In this document: positions 53,101 to 58,873 of the stretch, in pieces
How the letters are laid out: the number at the start of each line of letters is the position of its first letter
Numbering within the stretch: the stretch's first letter is position 1
Source of the DNA: Treponema sp.
GTDB taxonomy: Bacteria > Spirochaetota > Spirochaetia > Treponematales > Treponemataceae
Direction of reading: 5' to 3'
Assembly (NCBI GenBank): GCA_045627285.1
Contig: JAZQNJ010000053.1
Span: forward strand, 39,190-103,189
Length of the DNA stretch: 64,000 nucleotides
Notes under the pieces: model-generated
Told to the model about the DNA's origin: nothing
Databases searched by the model: none
Seen by the model: the letters and a program-made list of their open reading frames with translations, nothing else
Program-made: the position numbers and the translations under genes

Positions 53101-53814
53101 GTTGTTGTTGCCACATGGTATGATAATGCTACTAGCAAATGGATGTATGCATATAAGAAAAACCCATGTACAGACAACGATATAAGTGCTACTCATGGTG
53201 ATGGTTACTGGTCAAATCCTGTAGCTCTTGCTGAAGAAGCAGGTGAATACTGTAAGATTGTTGCTGACAAGGATGGTGGTGTACATATGGCATGTTACAG
53301 CGGTAACTCGTCTATTTACTATGTATACCTGGCACCTGATCAGGTACAGGCTGCTTCACCTTCATTTACTGTAGTAACAGTAGATTCTTATGGTGTAACT
53401 GGTGAGTATCTGTCTATTGATGTAGCAAAATCTGCAAAAGGCAATAATATTCCGTACATCGGTTCTTACATGACTTCTACAAAGAAACCTCGTTACGCAT
53501 ATCTTGTAGAAAAGAATGACACCGTTGATTACACAACAGGTGGTGTAACAACTCTTGGTGACTTTACAGGAAACTGGGAAGTAATGCTTCTTCCTGTAAC
53601 AAGCTTTGTTACAGCAGACAATGTAAATGTTGCTGTATGGAAAGATGCAAATGGTGTTATTACAAATTCATCGCCAACTGCAAGTGCTCCAAATGCCACA
53701 AATGGTGGAACAACAAGTGGTGTTGTCCATGGTAATGGTACTCAAAACGCCATTCTTGGATATGCAACAAAGGTGGGAACTAACGGACATATTGAAACTG
53801 CTCAGTTGAAGTAA
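41110..53814 (+). CDS. Giant Ig-repeat surface lipoprotein 2 (~4234 aa), paralogue of lipoprotein 1
   Basis: GGAGG then ATG at 41110; lipobox ILSC; the same GLGESVDTK start and the same ordered conserved blocks as 25097..39376. Confidence 0.85.
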   Translation: MNFIKKHLFTAGFAAMSVFLAVGILSCSDHVGLGESVDTKSPTISIEYPPVASIIRDKFVLAGKWNDDKGLKEIQVTVLNTKDGYKPKSGHTNPETYTATIKEDKTWQIELNAEEEDGYPLLDGTYQITVQAFDNAGNESGQTSRAFDIDNTAPVFIISKPGVTVEAVQNDHMTSSAYGALFKIDGTIADDHLVDSMEVTVIDADGNEHSFTEKNISTAGGSSVTFAHYLTDNQLDSAKEDKKALHNKYMSIIGDRKGENKYSCIVKLTDNSKVYINPSNADRSAEVIAAESKGNETSAVYLYDDVYTELMSANKLGLSATDFKNIINGNDTETAANLIDGVSVYDFLKSKEVKTDASNLSMTLNPEAGPTYQINGMEFGETLQSASAGNPASVTISAGLDGTLVNPGLVKIWVKEYSGNPANSVESDIENLVKTLDSKEYKNFKFVQAKVSLKEEGVSNVDGWVLVRDLAKNEKGETQNSGSVDTETVSVTLPAGIVLNKYYVFAVTGADQDGIPFKQDRIFGFIGNEAGVPPVIKVTEPKNLAIKNSSDSLVFSGSLSIDSESLYVEEFSATLTVTDEDAGSAIGSNNYYVAAIKEDKGIAGHSSSANDALVCNGEKKDGKWSWTWTFTPSLLPNYHNDDDRIVASEGSGKSYLYTLELYSKSSSGHDITASTNVHIDTKKPEVNVTSVTPSVAGSDFDGSNAAYLNGDITVKAVIEETNLADSSATDSEKDGITYDIRARKAVSEAPEMTASDSILSKLAGFNGKLNKAYSTSLDIPTKEITSLFATEGDLDPKIEVEVVFSAKDKAGNIGTGSTKEANNKANFIIWQKTDYPRISLGNADYEITDKENIREGANLFGTTNNNKLAVSYTDDDALDAYVVDIYSDDYDPSVSQEDNASKKKKSISGSSNNSSASQNATLPEEEGIYTVIITCTDESGLKSKAGPFKVAVDSGSPVVTVTSPGDTWLSREIDIDGTVSKTAATVDAKFVDKDGNEINVDNAKIHVIKADGEKTFGGKITYPLGTSGEKYVKFIAEDNYGQKASVIRHFQIDEQEPDIKDAADSLVSLDDSPYATVSGYVYDNMTVAKVYYQITDTATAPAFTAATESQWKELVLGSPKIYEVDGNEREYQGYTATVNLKNSPYSLTDDGIKYAYIAAKDNAGNRTVCQTPGIITVDATLPVITLKSDNDSTEFSDKDELHTKAASYKINAYVTDTNVDSLTVKDESGNDIAVGSTTNVTGGKKYEINLPLNSKEMTKVLTFRAKDTNNRDAKDVKVTVIRDNIAPVVTIHTYDAFSASKSIELKGTVTDEHFSNSAEYLKVYLIPSDPLKVKTGSVVFEKNEVAHSYNWTANFTGLEDISYQIAIVAKDTFGNYSAYSTDNTYVAKDGDGNDLVTNSLTGAGVSVDSEAPVSTITLTTAKKVLNKAREAVPGPSPYALAFGGSYYTNDNAPVLGGVITETNLVTDGDKPVLRVSIDGGPVKDVEFTSGGISAGSWTYVPNAAEGTNADTSYEYTLKLKDNAGNSFEKSFTVIIDTNKPQLTFTSPAEGESFESAPSAKINFSDDGVGIKDVSVKVYNITEGNTEVNSANYTFTKGSATGQLKFKDSYTTEGTFKIEVSAKDYLDFQSDETDDTVRTIYLDTAKPVLKEDSVGNSGLTTKDSFTLSGTITDTNALYNNGSADSDGKTPVTVTVTKDGDSDIVINVPVTMSTVSGKEHKEGTWTYTFVTGSAEAAAGQTKLSDGIYTFAIVGTDVANKTVQMSRSVIVDTEKPSITYTPAFDGAKPFVTTTHNGGWFKSNSLNFEGTASDTDNGTGINTVEYSYSTKNADSSITWSEYTAFAGTGTWKGNVENLVSGESQVRIRAKDNAGNYSDVETLGPWNIDTTVPEFKDNSLKVGFAADSVVLSSTFLANGTKDIYLEFIVSDAGGSGVADVYIRPKDGSAPTADDKVTTETITDEGEDKGKTKCTFKMIHENVRGSGAVFARIYDNAGNYADASLFSINFDNEGPAIVLNKPVDADSSTDVVEVNGKIALSGTGTDNNTLASIDEIQYSTNGTTWTALEGVTITGSYSFNVAGVDTTVLSDNTEYFLRAKGTDDAGNEGYSTPFIVKVDQNTDRPVVKFNEIVGASGSLRKYTSIITGSVSDDDSVSEFKVYASRSALTAGQLSSIDWDSFNQSAYGKLGWKAGEASFTFEPTDQNDGEIFIYFYLKDSEGGTFITGASDTHKQPYVDYKDDKDAENKEIGKLNNNTAISYKIDSNPPTFEKRYYFAGTSAEVAAKTNDKITTEIPSSITIGGTKQPVVKFVIEGKDEIGLGDMTGSLSLVDVARAAPIPVVFTRVTGTNTYTGTIDVSEMESGTYSLVISLKDISDLPATTTITVNVDNKAPSVEVRSPLKTTLLTGDVTVSGQLTDTYSEITKVKYLVMTDTYKKDSVTYTDSKLRQIMNEDIDQYNRGTEYLFEFPFDGDTYEVDGEKLVNPKLPATAKELENYKEFTDDGQIYNLPVYILAEDKLGNWIIYKDFYIHYNPYSDRPTTEILYPDPANNTPDKQNLLSGQIRLSGSAVDNVSVNSVYFQIRPDTDEYNSANADDLWGTNAKTWAQHVFGTEAIKVQNDINTGANFDADDKFWGIKASGSASWYSNLNTGYNLQITESGYSTQIGSTGTYKIAVRAVALDNNDTLGNWSVPVSFTIDPNAPSIGSAYFPQVEKKDTAAGISADTRLVQGDLYLKDQWYLVTSVEHTNGISEISYTLSTIDGSGVSSSTPEVKIVSNGSEVSGTAFKAVQKYWKTVNGEKVECSSTDPAKETSGYLITVPLNTSTGSGTRTIKIDAKDATGDKKAGSATYSFKYDNEAPVISNLTQNSTSFTSGVGLTNSNNQLTLGATVEDSVSGFSKALFYFYRESEAEGSKHTRRIYDPFIGEYTGDDPAANPARIDVTDASGNLKTGITKEELGVAGHTAPLYGVTKTVTKTANVDNSLSFTGDDIHVRTGGIVKVGDSYRVIKSKTVSGETVTVTFAPDCKTNFTSAFFPYAQVVDNTSTEKVRSFTNTGVTFANNSDDGDGMPESISGMTNSRTWEASIHGNWIPDGAVTFVMFAFDASENVAATTQDAIMANNRPRISKIHLGTDLDGNDSFSDFEFETYNLLGVQGASQEVFDLTTAGFKTMNGTVAVESTRSAFKIKDKLAVVPEFVGGNGQIYLVFNNNDTTTSPNADGETVDSHQTGTIAAGLRTAGTISGTKIAGRLYTISSGDVGADTADNATRAMSFTFWDSTDEMTAGTDSQWAFLRVKDMNVKQSDSVRPKAVIDPFFWNGINDNSIYGSSTAETIADLKGHIELEDDWAAVPAAVKAPLVANLKDGDPKVSGKISIVGSAYDDFRITELYAVIDGFTFKNAANTSGIATTTVATTENGNSVSRTMVKLAEYANGTWTPVAGGMDAYGWNFTVTDGGLDQTGHRVTWQLDWDTSKISGIAGLNKVIGIAAKDKGGNFSFKAASTATVTVDGIDVLDTSEAVYNKAEYQVDVVPYVTDVKTALSARKENNWSVYGRSALGSYILSDAETIKIFGFNLYDGSTNPVITNMTLVGNRGTASTTAVKAVTKDTDAIITTDATHGDYIIATVGNGHTSTDLALTVSGVPIINNYNNNNATGTSGVTITETATYTYENLRKNAYNRRPNNDSNNRLTDDVKLAVWHFNSNAAEVRDAGLLKEPVMKINPINKIVGFSFVNGPMDSSMANGMQNSYQHWQSNYAAYRNSMFCYDDNGDSHGLMTGIDTNVDQGGRFSYYTSRWGPSGTNGTGGNYDGVNAIRLESIAAPKIGTTTPYVIMEDRFHSVSMAVSTHYSIPTVYIAYYEDINKQIRFRYGTQNDVGATKIAGTVTGTTFGTSNNTRLENQKVLLLDSNSKVIGSAYFGARGGTNGNRQYEMTNVSYNGTVAYAASIAKNNFGQFEDNVNADGGTTGGSAGFEAHTRNYSVLASDTTSIKSGEYVDIAVIPGASTAQDVVVATWYDNATSKWMYAYKKNPCTDNDISATHGDGYWSNPVALAEEAGEYCKIVADKDGGVHMACYSGNSSIYYVYLAPDQVQAASPSFTVVTVDSYGVTGEYLSIDVAKSAKGNNIPYIGSYMTSTKKPRYAYLVEKNDTVDYTTGGVTTLGDFTGNWEVMLLPVTSFVTADNVNVAVWKDANGVITNSSPTASAPNATNGGTTSGVVHGNGTQNAILGYATKVGTNGHIETAQLK

Positions 53815-53842
53815 TTTTCTTCTGAACAGATGCGCTAATCCC

Positions 53843-53941
53843 CCGTTAGCGCTGGTAGGGGCGCCGCAGGCGTTGCGAAGCAATGGAGCGAAAGCGGAAC
53901 CCCGGACATAGCGACCCGTTGTCAGCGGCAACGGGTAACGG
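53843..53941 (+). repeat. Structured GC-rich dispersed element, copy E
   Basis: ccgtta-gcgctggta-GGGG-cgccGCAggcg-ttgcGAAgcaa-tgga-gcGAAAgc-ggaa-CCCC-ggacatagcgac-ccgttg..caacgg-g-taacgg. Confidence 0.85.
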
Positions 53942-53966
53942 CAAAAAGTAAAAAATCAATTTTTAG

Positions 53967-54008
53967 AATCCCGTGGTCGGTAAACGCTGGCTGCGGGATT
54001 TTTTTTTG
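53967..54008 (+). terminator. Intrinsic terminator; left direct repeat of the TA cassette
   Basis: aatcccgtggtcgg-taaacg-ctggctgcgggatt followed by a T run. Confidence 0.8.
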
Positions 54009-54090
54009 TGGACGGTGAGGGTTTTGTGGAGTATATTTTATGGGAAAGAGTTGATGCCGTTAGTGCGGTGTTTATATGGAGGTAAGTATT

Positions 54091-54294
54091 ATGTCGGTAG
54101 AAATTATTGAAAATAAGTTAAAGTTGTTATCTGATGCATATTTAATAATGGTTAATGAATATATTGAAAAATTATTAGAACAGGAGAATCAAGCAAAGAA
54201 AATATCAGCGAAGGGAATTGCTGCCAAATATGCAGATGAAAACTTAAGAGCTATTGAAGCTAAGGCGAGAGAGGAAGCATTTTCAAGAAAATAA
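54091..54294 (+). CDS. Putative antitoxin
   Basis: 67 aa; GGAGG then ATG at 54091; stop overlaps the PIN gene start (TAATG). Confidence 0.65.
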   Translation: MSVEIIENKLKLLSDAYLIMVNEYIEKLLEQENQAKKISAKGIAAKYADENLRAIEAKAREEAFSRK

Positions 54295-54662
54295 TGATTA
54301 ATGGAAAAGTTTTAATTGATGCAAATGTAATTCTCAGGTATATGCTGAGTGATATTAAAGAGCAGGCTGATCAGGCAGAAATTGTAATAAGAAATGGAGC
54401 TTATACTACTCCAGAAGTTTTAGCAGAAGTAATTTATGTATTAAGAAAAGTATACAAAATCGAAAAAAAAGAAGTTTGTGACTTTGTTGCTATATTCTTG
54501 AATGAGATTGATATAGAAAATAAAGCTTGTATGTACGAGGCGTTGAACATTCATGCTGAACGAGCTTTGGATTTTGTTGATTGTTTGCTGATTGCTTACA
54601 ATAATTTATTAAAAGTCAAAGTTTTTTCTTTTGATGAAAAGCTGATGAATGCCTTGAGTTAA
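54294..54662 (+). CDS. PIN-domain (VapC-like) ribonuclease toxin
   Basis: IDANVILRY, EVLAE, DFVDCLL and SFD supply the acidic catalytic residues. Confidence 0.9.
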   Translation: MINGKVLIDANVILRYMLSDIKEQADQAEIVIRNGAYTTPEVLAEVIYVLRKVYKIEKKEVCDFVAIFLNEIDIENKACMYEALNIHAERALDFVDCLLIAYNNLLKVKVFSFDEKLMNALS

Positions 54663-54676
54663 TTTTTATAAATGAT

Positions 54677-54718
54677 AATCCTGCAACCGGTAAACGCTGG
54701 CTGCGGGATTTTTTTTTG
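54677..54718 (+). terminator. Intrinsic terminator; right direct repeat of the TA cassette
   Basis: aatcctgcaaccgg-taaacg-ctggctgcgggatt plus T run; 31 nt identical to 53978-54008. Confidence 0.8.
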
Positions 54719-54799
54719 GTCATGTGGTTTCTGCAAGACAAATGATTTAAAATGTCTTAAAATTAGAGTGTATATTTTATTTGTAAAGGGAGATTTTTT

Positions 54800-55420
54800 A
54801 TGAAAAAATCTTTTGTTGCAGCTGTAGCAGCGGCTTTGATTTTTGGTTTTTCTGGATGTGGTTCTACTTCTGGGGCGGGGGTTTCCCGCATTTCTGCCGA
54901 TACTCAGACTGATCTTTCCGGTTACTGGAACGATACTGATGTTCGTATTGCTGCTGAAAACCTTATTGACCAGTGTGTAAATGCAAAAGCTATTTCAGCC
55001 TTTTCTTACGGTAAGCACAGGGATCCTGTTGTAATTCTTGGTACTTTCCGCAATCAGAGTGATGAACACATTGATACTACAATTCTTTCCAAGAAGTTTG
55101 AAATTGCACTTATTAACAGCGGAAAAGTTGGTTTTGTTGCTTCCAGCACAGAAAGGGGCGAAATACGTCAGGAACGCAATGAACAGCAGCAGTTTGCTTC
55201 TGAAGCCACTGCTAAAAGCCTTGGAAATGAAACTGGTGCGGATTTTATGCTGATTGGCTCTGTAAAAACTATTGTTGATTCCAATGGCAGTCAGACTACA
55301 CGTACCTACTTTGTAAATGCTGAACTTATTGATATTGAAACAAACAGAAAACTTTGGGCTGGTGAAGACAGTTCAATTAAAAAACTGATTAAATCTCCTT
55401 CTGGCAATTACAGATACTAA
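54800..55420 (+). CDS. LpoB-like (PBP activator / CsgG-like fold) lipoprotein
   Basis: Lipobox FSGC; DLSGYWNDTD, NQSDEHIDT, GADFML, LIDIETNRKLW. Confidence 0.7.
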   Translation: MKKSFVAAVAAALIFGFSGCGSTSGAGVSRISADTQTDLSGYWNDTDVRIAAENLIDQCVNAKAISAFSYGKHRDPVVILGTFRNQSDEHIDTTILSKKFEIALINSGKVGFVASSTERGEIRQERNEQQQFASEATAKSLGNETGADFMLIGSVKTIVDSNGSQTTRTYFVNAELIDIETNRKLWAGEDSSIKKLIKSPSGNYRY

Positions 55421-55429
55421 CCTTAATTG

Positions 55430-56404
55430 ATGAAAAACAGATTTCTTTGCACCGCAGTTTTGATTGTTCTCGGAATGATGGGTTTTGCTTCCGGCAAAAA
55501 GGACCTGGTGTCTTTTGCTGAGCTTGAAAAAAAATATCCTTCTTCGGAATATTTTATGGCTGTGGGGCAGGGTGCAAGTCTGGCTAATGCTCAAAGTTCC
55601 GCAAAGTTAAGTTTATGTCAGAGCCTTGGGGAAAGCCTGTCTGGAAACCAGAATACTTCTCAGTTCGAAAACTCAGCGGGCGATAAAGAAAGTTCGCTTT
55701 CTGTTTCTGTAATGGAAACTGTTGTTTTTGAAAATGTATGGGGAATTCAATTAAAGGAACACTGGCAGCCTGATTCTTCTAAAAGCCTGTGGTATTCTGT
55801 GGCTGTGCTTAATAAAAAAGAGGCCGGTCAGTACTATGCACGGCTTATTTCTGACGAGGACAGTAAAATACAGAAGCTGGTTTCTGCTGCAGAAAAGAAT
55901 ATGCCTTCCTTTGAGAGTCTGTCTTTTATGGATCAGGCAGTGAGGGCTGCAGAGGAAAATCAGTACAACTTAAACATTCTTAAAGCAATAAACTTAAATC
56001 AGGCCAGAGTAGTTTTTTTAAGCTATGAGAGCCTCCAGAACATTTATCTGCAGCAGAAAAAAATGGCTTCAGAGCTTAAAGTAAATATTATTGTGGATAA
56101 CGATAGAAATGATCAGGTTCTTGGAGCCTTTACTTCTGCTCTTGCCGAAAAAGGTGTTGCTGTTTACAGGGGGCAGGGGCAGTTTATAATTAAAGCCAAT
56201 GTTTCGATGGAGCCTGTAAATCAGAAAATTCAGGATGGAACTGTTGCAGTGAGGTTCCTTGTGACCGGTTCTGTAACTGACCTTGCTTCCGGGAATGTGG
56301 TTAAATCCATTAATTACAGCGGGAGGGAAGGACACATCACCGTTGAGCAGGCTGAAGCCCGTTGTTTCCGCCGCATTGCATCTTTAATTCAGGACGACTT
56401 TTAA
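55430..56404 (+). CDS. Exported protein, LPP20-like N-terminal domain
   Basis: Signal peptide; YP..EY..AVGQG...A..A.; downstream of the LpoB-like gene. Confidence 0.5.
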   Translation: MKNRFLCTAVLIVLGMMGFASGKKDLVSFAELEKKYPSSEYFMAVGQGASLANAQSSAKLSLCQSLGESLSGNQNTSQFENSAGDKESSLSVSVMETVVFENVWGIQLKEHWQPDSSKSLWYSVAVLNKKEAGQYYARLISDEDSKIQKLVSAAEKNMPSFESLSFMDQAVRAAEENQYNLNILKAINLNQARVVFLSYESLQNIYLQQKKMASELKVNIIVDNDRNDQVLGAFTSALAEKGVAVYRGQGQFIIKANVSMEPVNQKIQDGTVAVRFLVTGSVTDLASGNVVKSINYSGREGHITVEQAEARCFRRIASLIQDDF

Positions 56405-56412
56405 TATTTTTC

Positions 56413-56439
56413 TAAAAACTGATTTTTATATGCCGATAT
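56413..56439 (+). promoter_or_regulatory. Sigma28-like promoter, leaderless
   Basis: TAAA-N15-GCCGATAT-N7-ATG(56447). Confidence 0.65.
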
Positions 56440-56446
56440 TTTAGAT

Positions 56447-58873
56447 ATGCGCGCATATTCATTTTTAATCGGTTCATTTTTTCTTTTAACATCCTGTGTT
56501 GCTTCGGCACAGTCTTCTAAACCAATTTACAAACTCCCGGAACTGGAAACTTCCGTGGAAACAGCAAAGGCAGGTGGCGTTATTGCCGGTGCCAACAGTG
56601 GTCTTTACAGACTTTCTGCTTCTAAAACTGCAATTCCTTTGTGGACGGAAGGTAAGGTTTCAAAAATAATTCATACTAATGTGCCTGTTAAAGATGAAAA
56701 CGGTATTTCTACCGGACAGACTTCTGAGCGATGGTATTTCCTTACAAGTAAAGGAATTCTTACTTCCACTGATTTAAGCACTTTTGAATATCGTAATAAT
56801 GGTCTGCCTTTCCTTAAGATCAAAGAAGTAAATGCCGGAGAAATTTCTTTTTCTGATAGACCGGCACAATTAAAGGATCTGGAAGTGCATCCGGAAAATC
56901 CGCTGATTCTTATTACTGCAACTAAAGACAAGGTTTTTATTACATACGATGGTGGTTTAAGCTGGTCTTCCCTGGGGTCCATGAGTAATTCAACATCAGG
57001 TATTAAGGCCGTTGCTGTAGCTACAATTCAGGGACGACTTATTGCATTTATGGCACATCCTATTTTTGGTTTTTCTTACATTGTTCCAGAAGCAAAAAAA
57101 CCGGCATGGAATGACTGTAACGGTGGTTTTGAAAATATGCGTACTCAGACATATCCTGATGAAATTGCTGATATTCACACTGTTGCCGTAAGAAATCCTG
57201 ACGGAACAACTGATACTGAAGTGTATGTAAGTCAGACCTTTCTTCCAAGAATATATAAGTTTGACTGGGCTACAAAGAGAGGGGTTCTTCTTTACAGTGG
57301 AAAAGAACCTGCTGACACTATTGACGGACTTTTTTGGGATGGAAAGGAACTTCTTTATACACGCCCGGGAGAAATTGCATCATTTGATCCTGTAACATCA
57401 AATCTTGGGTCTGTGCCTCATTCGTATTACACATGGAAAAACACCTTCAGTGCACTGGCTCCTTCTGACACTTTATATTCTGCCTGGATTCCTGATGAAA
57501 AAAATCTTTCTACAGGTCTTTCGCTAAGTGAACTGTGGCTTTTAAAGCCTGACCTCTGTACAAATGCATACGCTTCTAAAGCTGTTGGGCGAAAGTCAAT
57601 TTACTGTCCTGCAAATCATGTAACAACTCAGGCAGGAATTGATAAATACAAGAAAATCATTCTGGATAATAAACTGGACAGCCTTGTAATCGATATGAAG
57701 GATGATTACGGCCTTCTGCGCTACGACGCCAAGGATCCCCTTGTTGTTGAAAAGGGTTACATCTCAAAATATCACATTAACCTGGAACACTTTGTTCAGG
57801 AAATGAAAAAAGATAACATTTATCTTGTGGCGAGAATCGTAGTTTTTAAAGATAAGCATTTAAGTCAGTACGGTGGTGGAAAATATGCTATCTGGGATAG
57901 AGTAAACAACAAGGCCTGGATGGGTACAAAAACTGAAAAATATACAGATCCTGACACTGGTGAAGTTACTACTAAAACAGGTTATTACGATGAAAACTGG
58001 GTAGATCCATATTCTCCTGATGTGTGGGAATATAATGTCCGCATTGCAAAGGAGCTTATTGCGGGGGGATTTGATGAAATTCAGTTTGACTATATACGGT
58101 TTCCTACTGATGGTCTAAATATGGGAAATGCCACTTTCCGCTTTAAGGATAAAGGCATGGACAAGGAAAGCTGTCTTCTGTCTTATCTTTCTTATGCCCG
58201 TAAGCATATTGATGCTCCAATCGGAATTGATATTTACGGTGCAAACGGATGGTATCGCTCTGGAACAAGAACTGGTCAGGATGTAGAACAGCTGTCTGAA
58301 TATGTAGATATTATCTGTCCAATGTTTTATCCAAGCCATTTTGAACAGAACTTCCTGGAATATGCCCCTGTTTCTGAACGTCCATACCGCATTTATTATT
58401 ATGGAACTTACCGTAATACTGTAATCGGACGAAACAGAATCATTATCCGGCCATGGGTTCAGGCTTTTTATCTTGGTGTAAGATATGACAGGCAGTGGTA
58501 CAACACAAATTATGTTCAGCAGCAGGTTTTTGGTGTAAGAGACAGTGTAAATCGTGGATATATGTACTGGAACAACATTGGCCGCTACGATGATATTTCT
58601 CCTGATGTGGGTAACACCCCATACAATGGTCCAGCTTACGAAGCCGGTAAAGATTACAGAAAACCTGCTCTGGGAAGCGGGAATCTTATGTATCCGGAAT
58701 CTGTGCAGAATCATCACGAAATGGCAGAAGAAAATTTGTCGGCTCTTGATTCTGTAAAAAAAGACGGAATGGAAAAAGAAGACAAAAAGAAGAAAAATTC
58801 ATCGGGATTTCCGTCAATTTCCGAAATAAGAAAATTGTGGCAGGCATACGAATATGACAAACACGAAATATAA
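56447..58873 (+). CDS. Exported putative glycoside hydrolase (DUF4015-like TIM barrel) with a propeller-like N-terminus
   Basis: VIDMKDDYG, ARIVVFKD, WVDPY, GFDEIQFDYIRFPTDG, PMFYPSHF, RPWVQAF; Asp-box TYDGGLSW. Confidence 0.75.
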   Translation: MRAYSFLIGSFFLLTSCVASAQSSKPIYKLPELETSVETAKAGGVIAGANSGLYRLSASKTAIPLWTEGKVSKIIHTNVPVKDENGISTGQTSERWYFLTSKGILTSTDLSTFEYRNNGLPFLKIKEVNAGEISFSDRPAQLKDLEVHPENPLILITATKDKVFITYDGGLSWSSLGSMSNSTSGIKAVAVATIQGRLIAFMAHPIFGFSYIVPEAKKPAWNDCNGGFENMRTQTYPDEIADIHTVAVRNPDGTTDTEVYVSQTFLPRIYKFDWATKRGVLLYSGKEPADTIDGLFWDGKELLYTRPGEIASFDPVTSNLGSVPHSYYTWKNTFSALAPSDTLYSAWIPDEKNLSTGLSLSELWLLKPDLCTNAYASKAVGRKSIYCPANHVTTQAGIDKYKKIILDNKLDSLVIDMKDDYGLLRYDAKDPLVVEKGYISKYHINLEHFVQEMKKDNIYLVARIVVFKDKHLSQYGGGKYAIWDRVNNKAWMGTKTEKYTDPDTGEVTTKTGYYDENWVDPYSPDVWEYNVRIAKELIAGGFDEIQFDYIRFPTDGLNMGNATFRFKDKGMDKESCLLSYLSYARKHIDAPIGIDIYGANGWYRSGTRTGQDVEQLSEYVDIICPMFYPSHFEQNFLEYAPVSERPYRIYYYGTYRNTVIGRNRIIIRPWVQAFYLGVRYDRQWYNTNYVQQQVFGVRDSVNRGYMYWNNIGRYDDISPDVGNTPYNGPAYEAGKDYRKPALGSGNLMYPESVQNHHEMAEENLSALDSVKKDGMEKEDKKKKNSSGFPSISEIRKLWQAYEYDKHEI

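Noticed and set aside
37163-53814. Diversity-generating retroelement targeting the giant gene ends
   Set aside because: No reverse transcriptase and no template/variable repeat pair with adenine-specific mismatches seen in the window.
18656-53814. Many short antisense or alternative-frame ORFs inside the giant genes
   Set aside because: Expected by-products of biased codon usage; no supporting signals or motifs.
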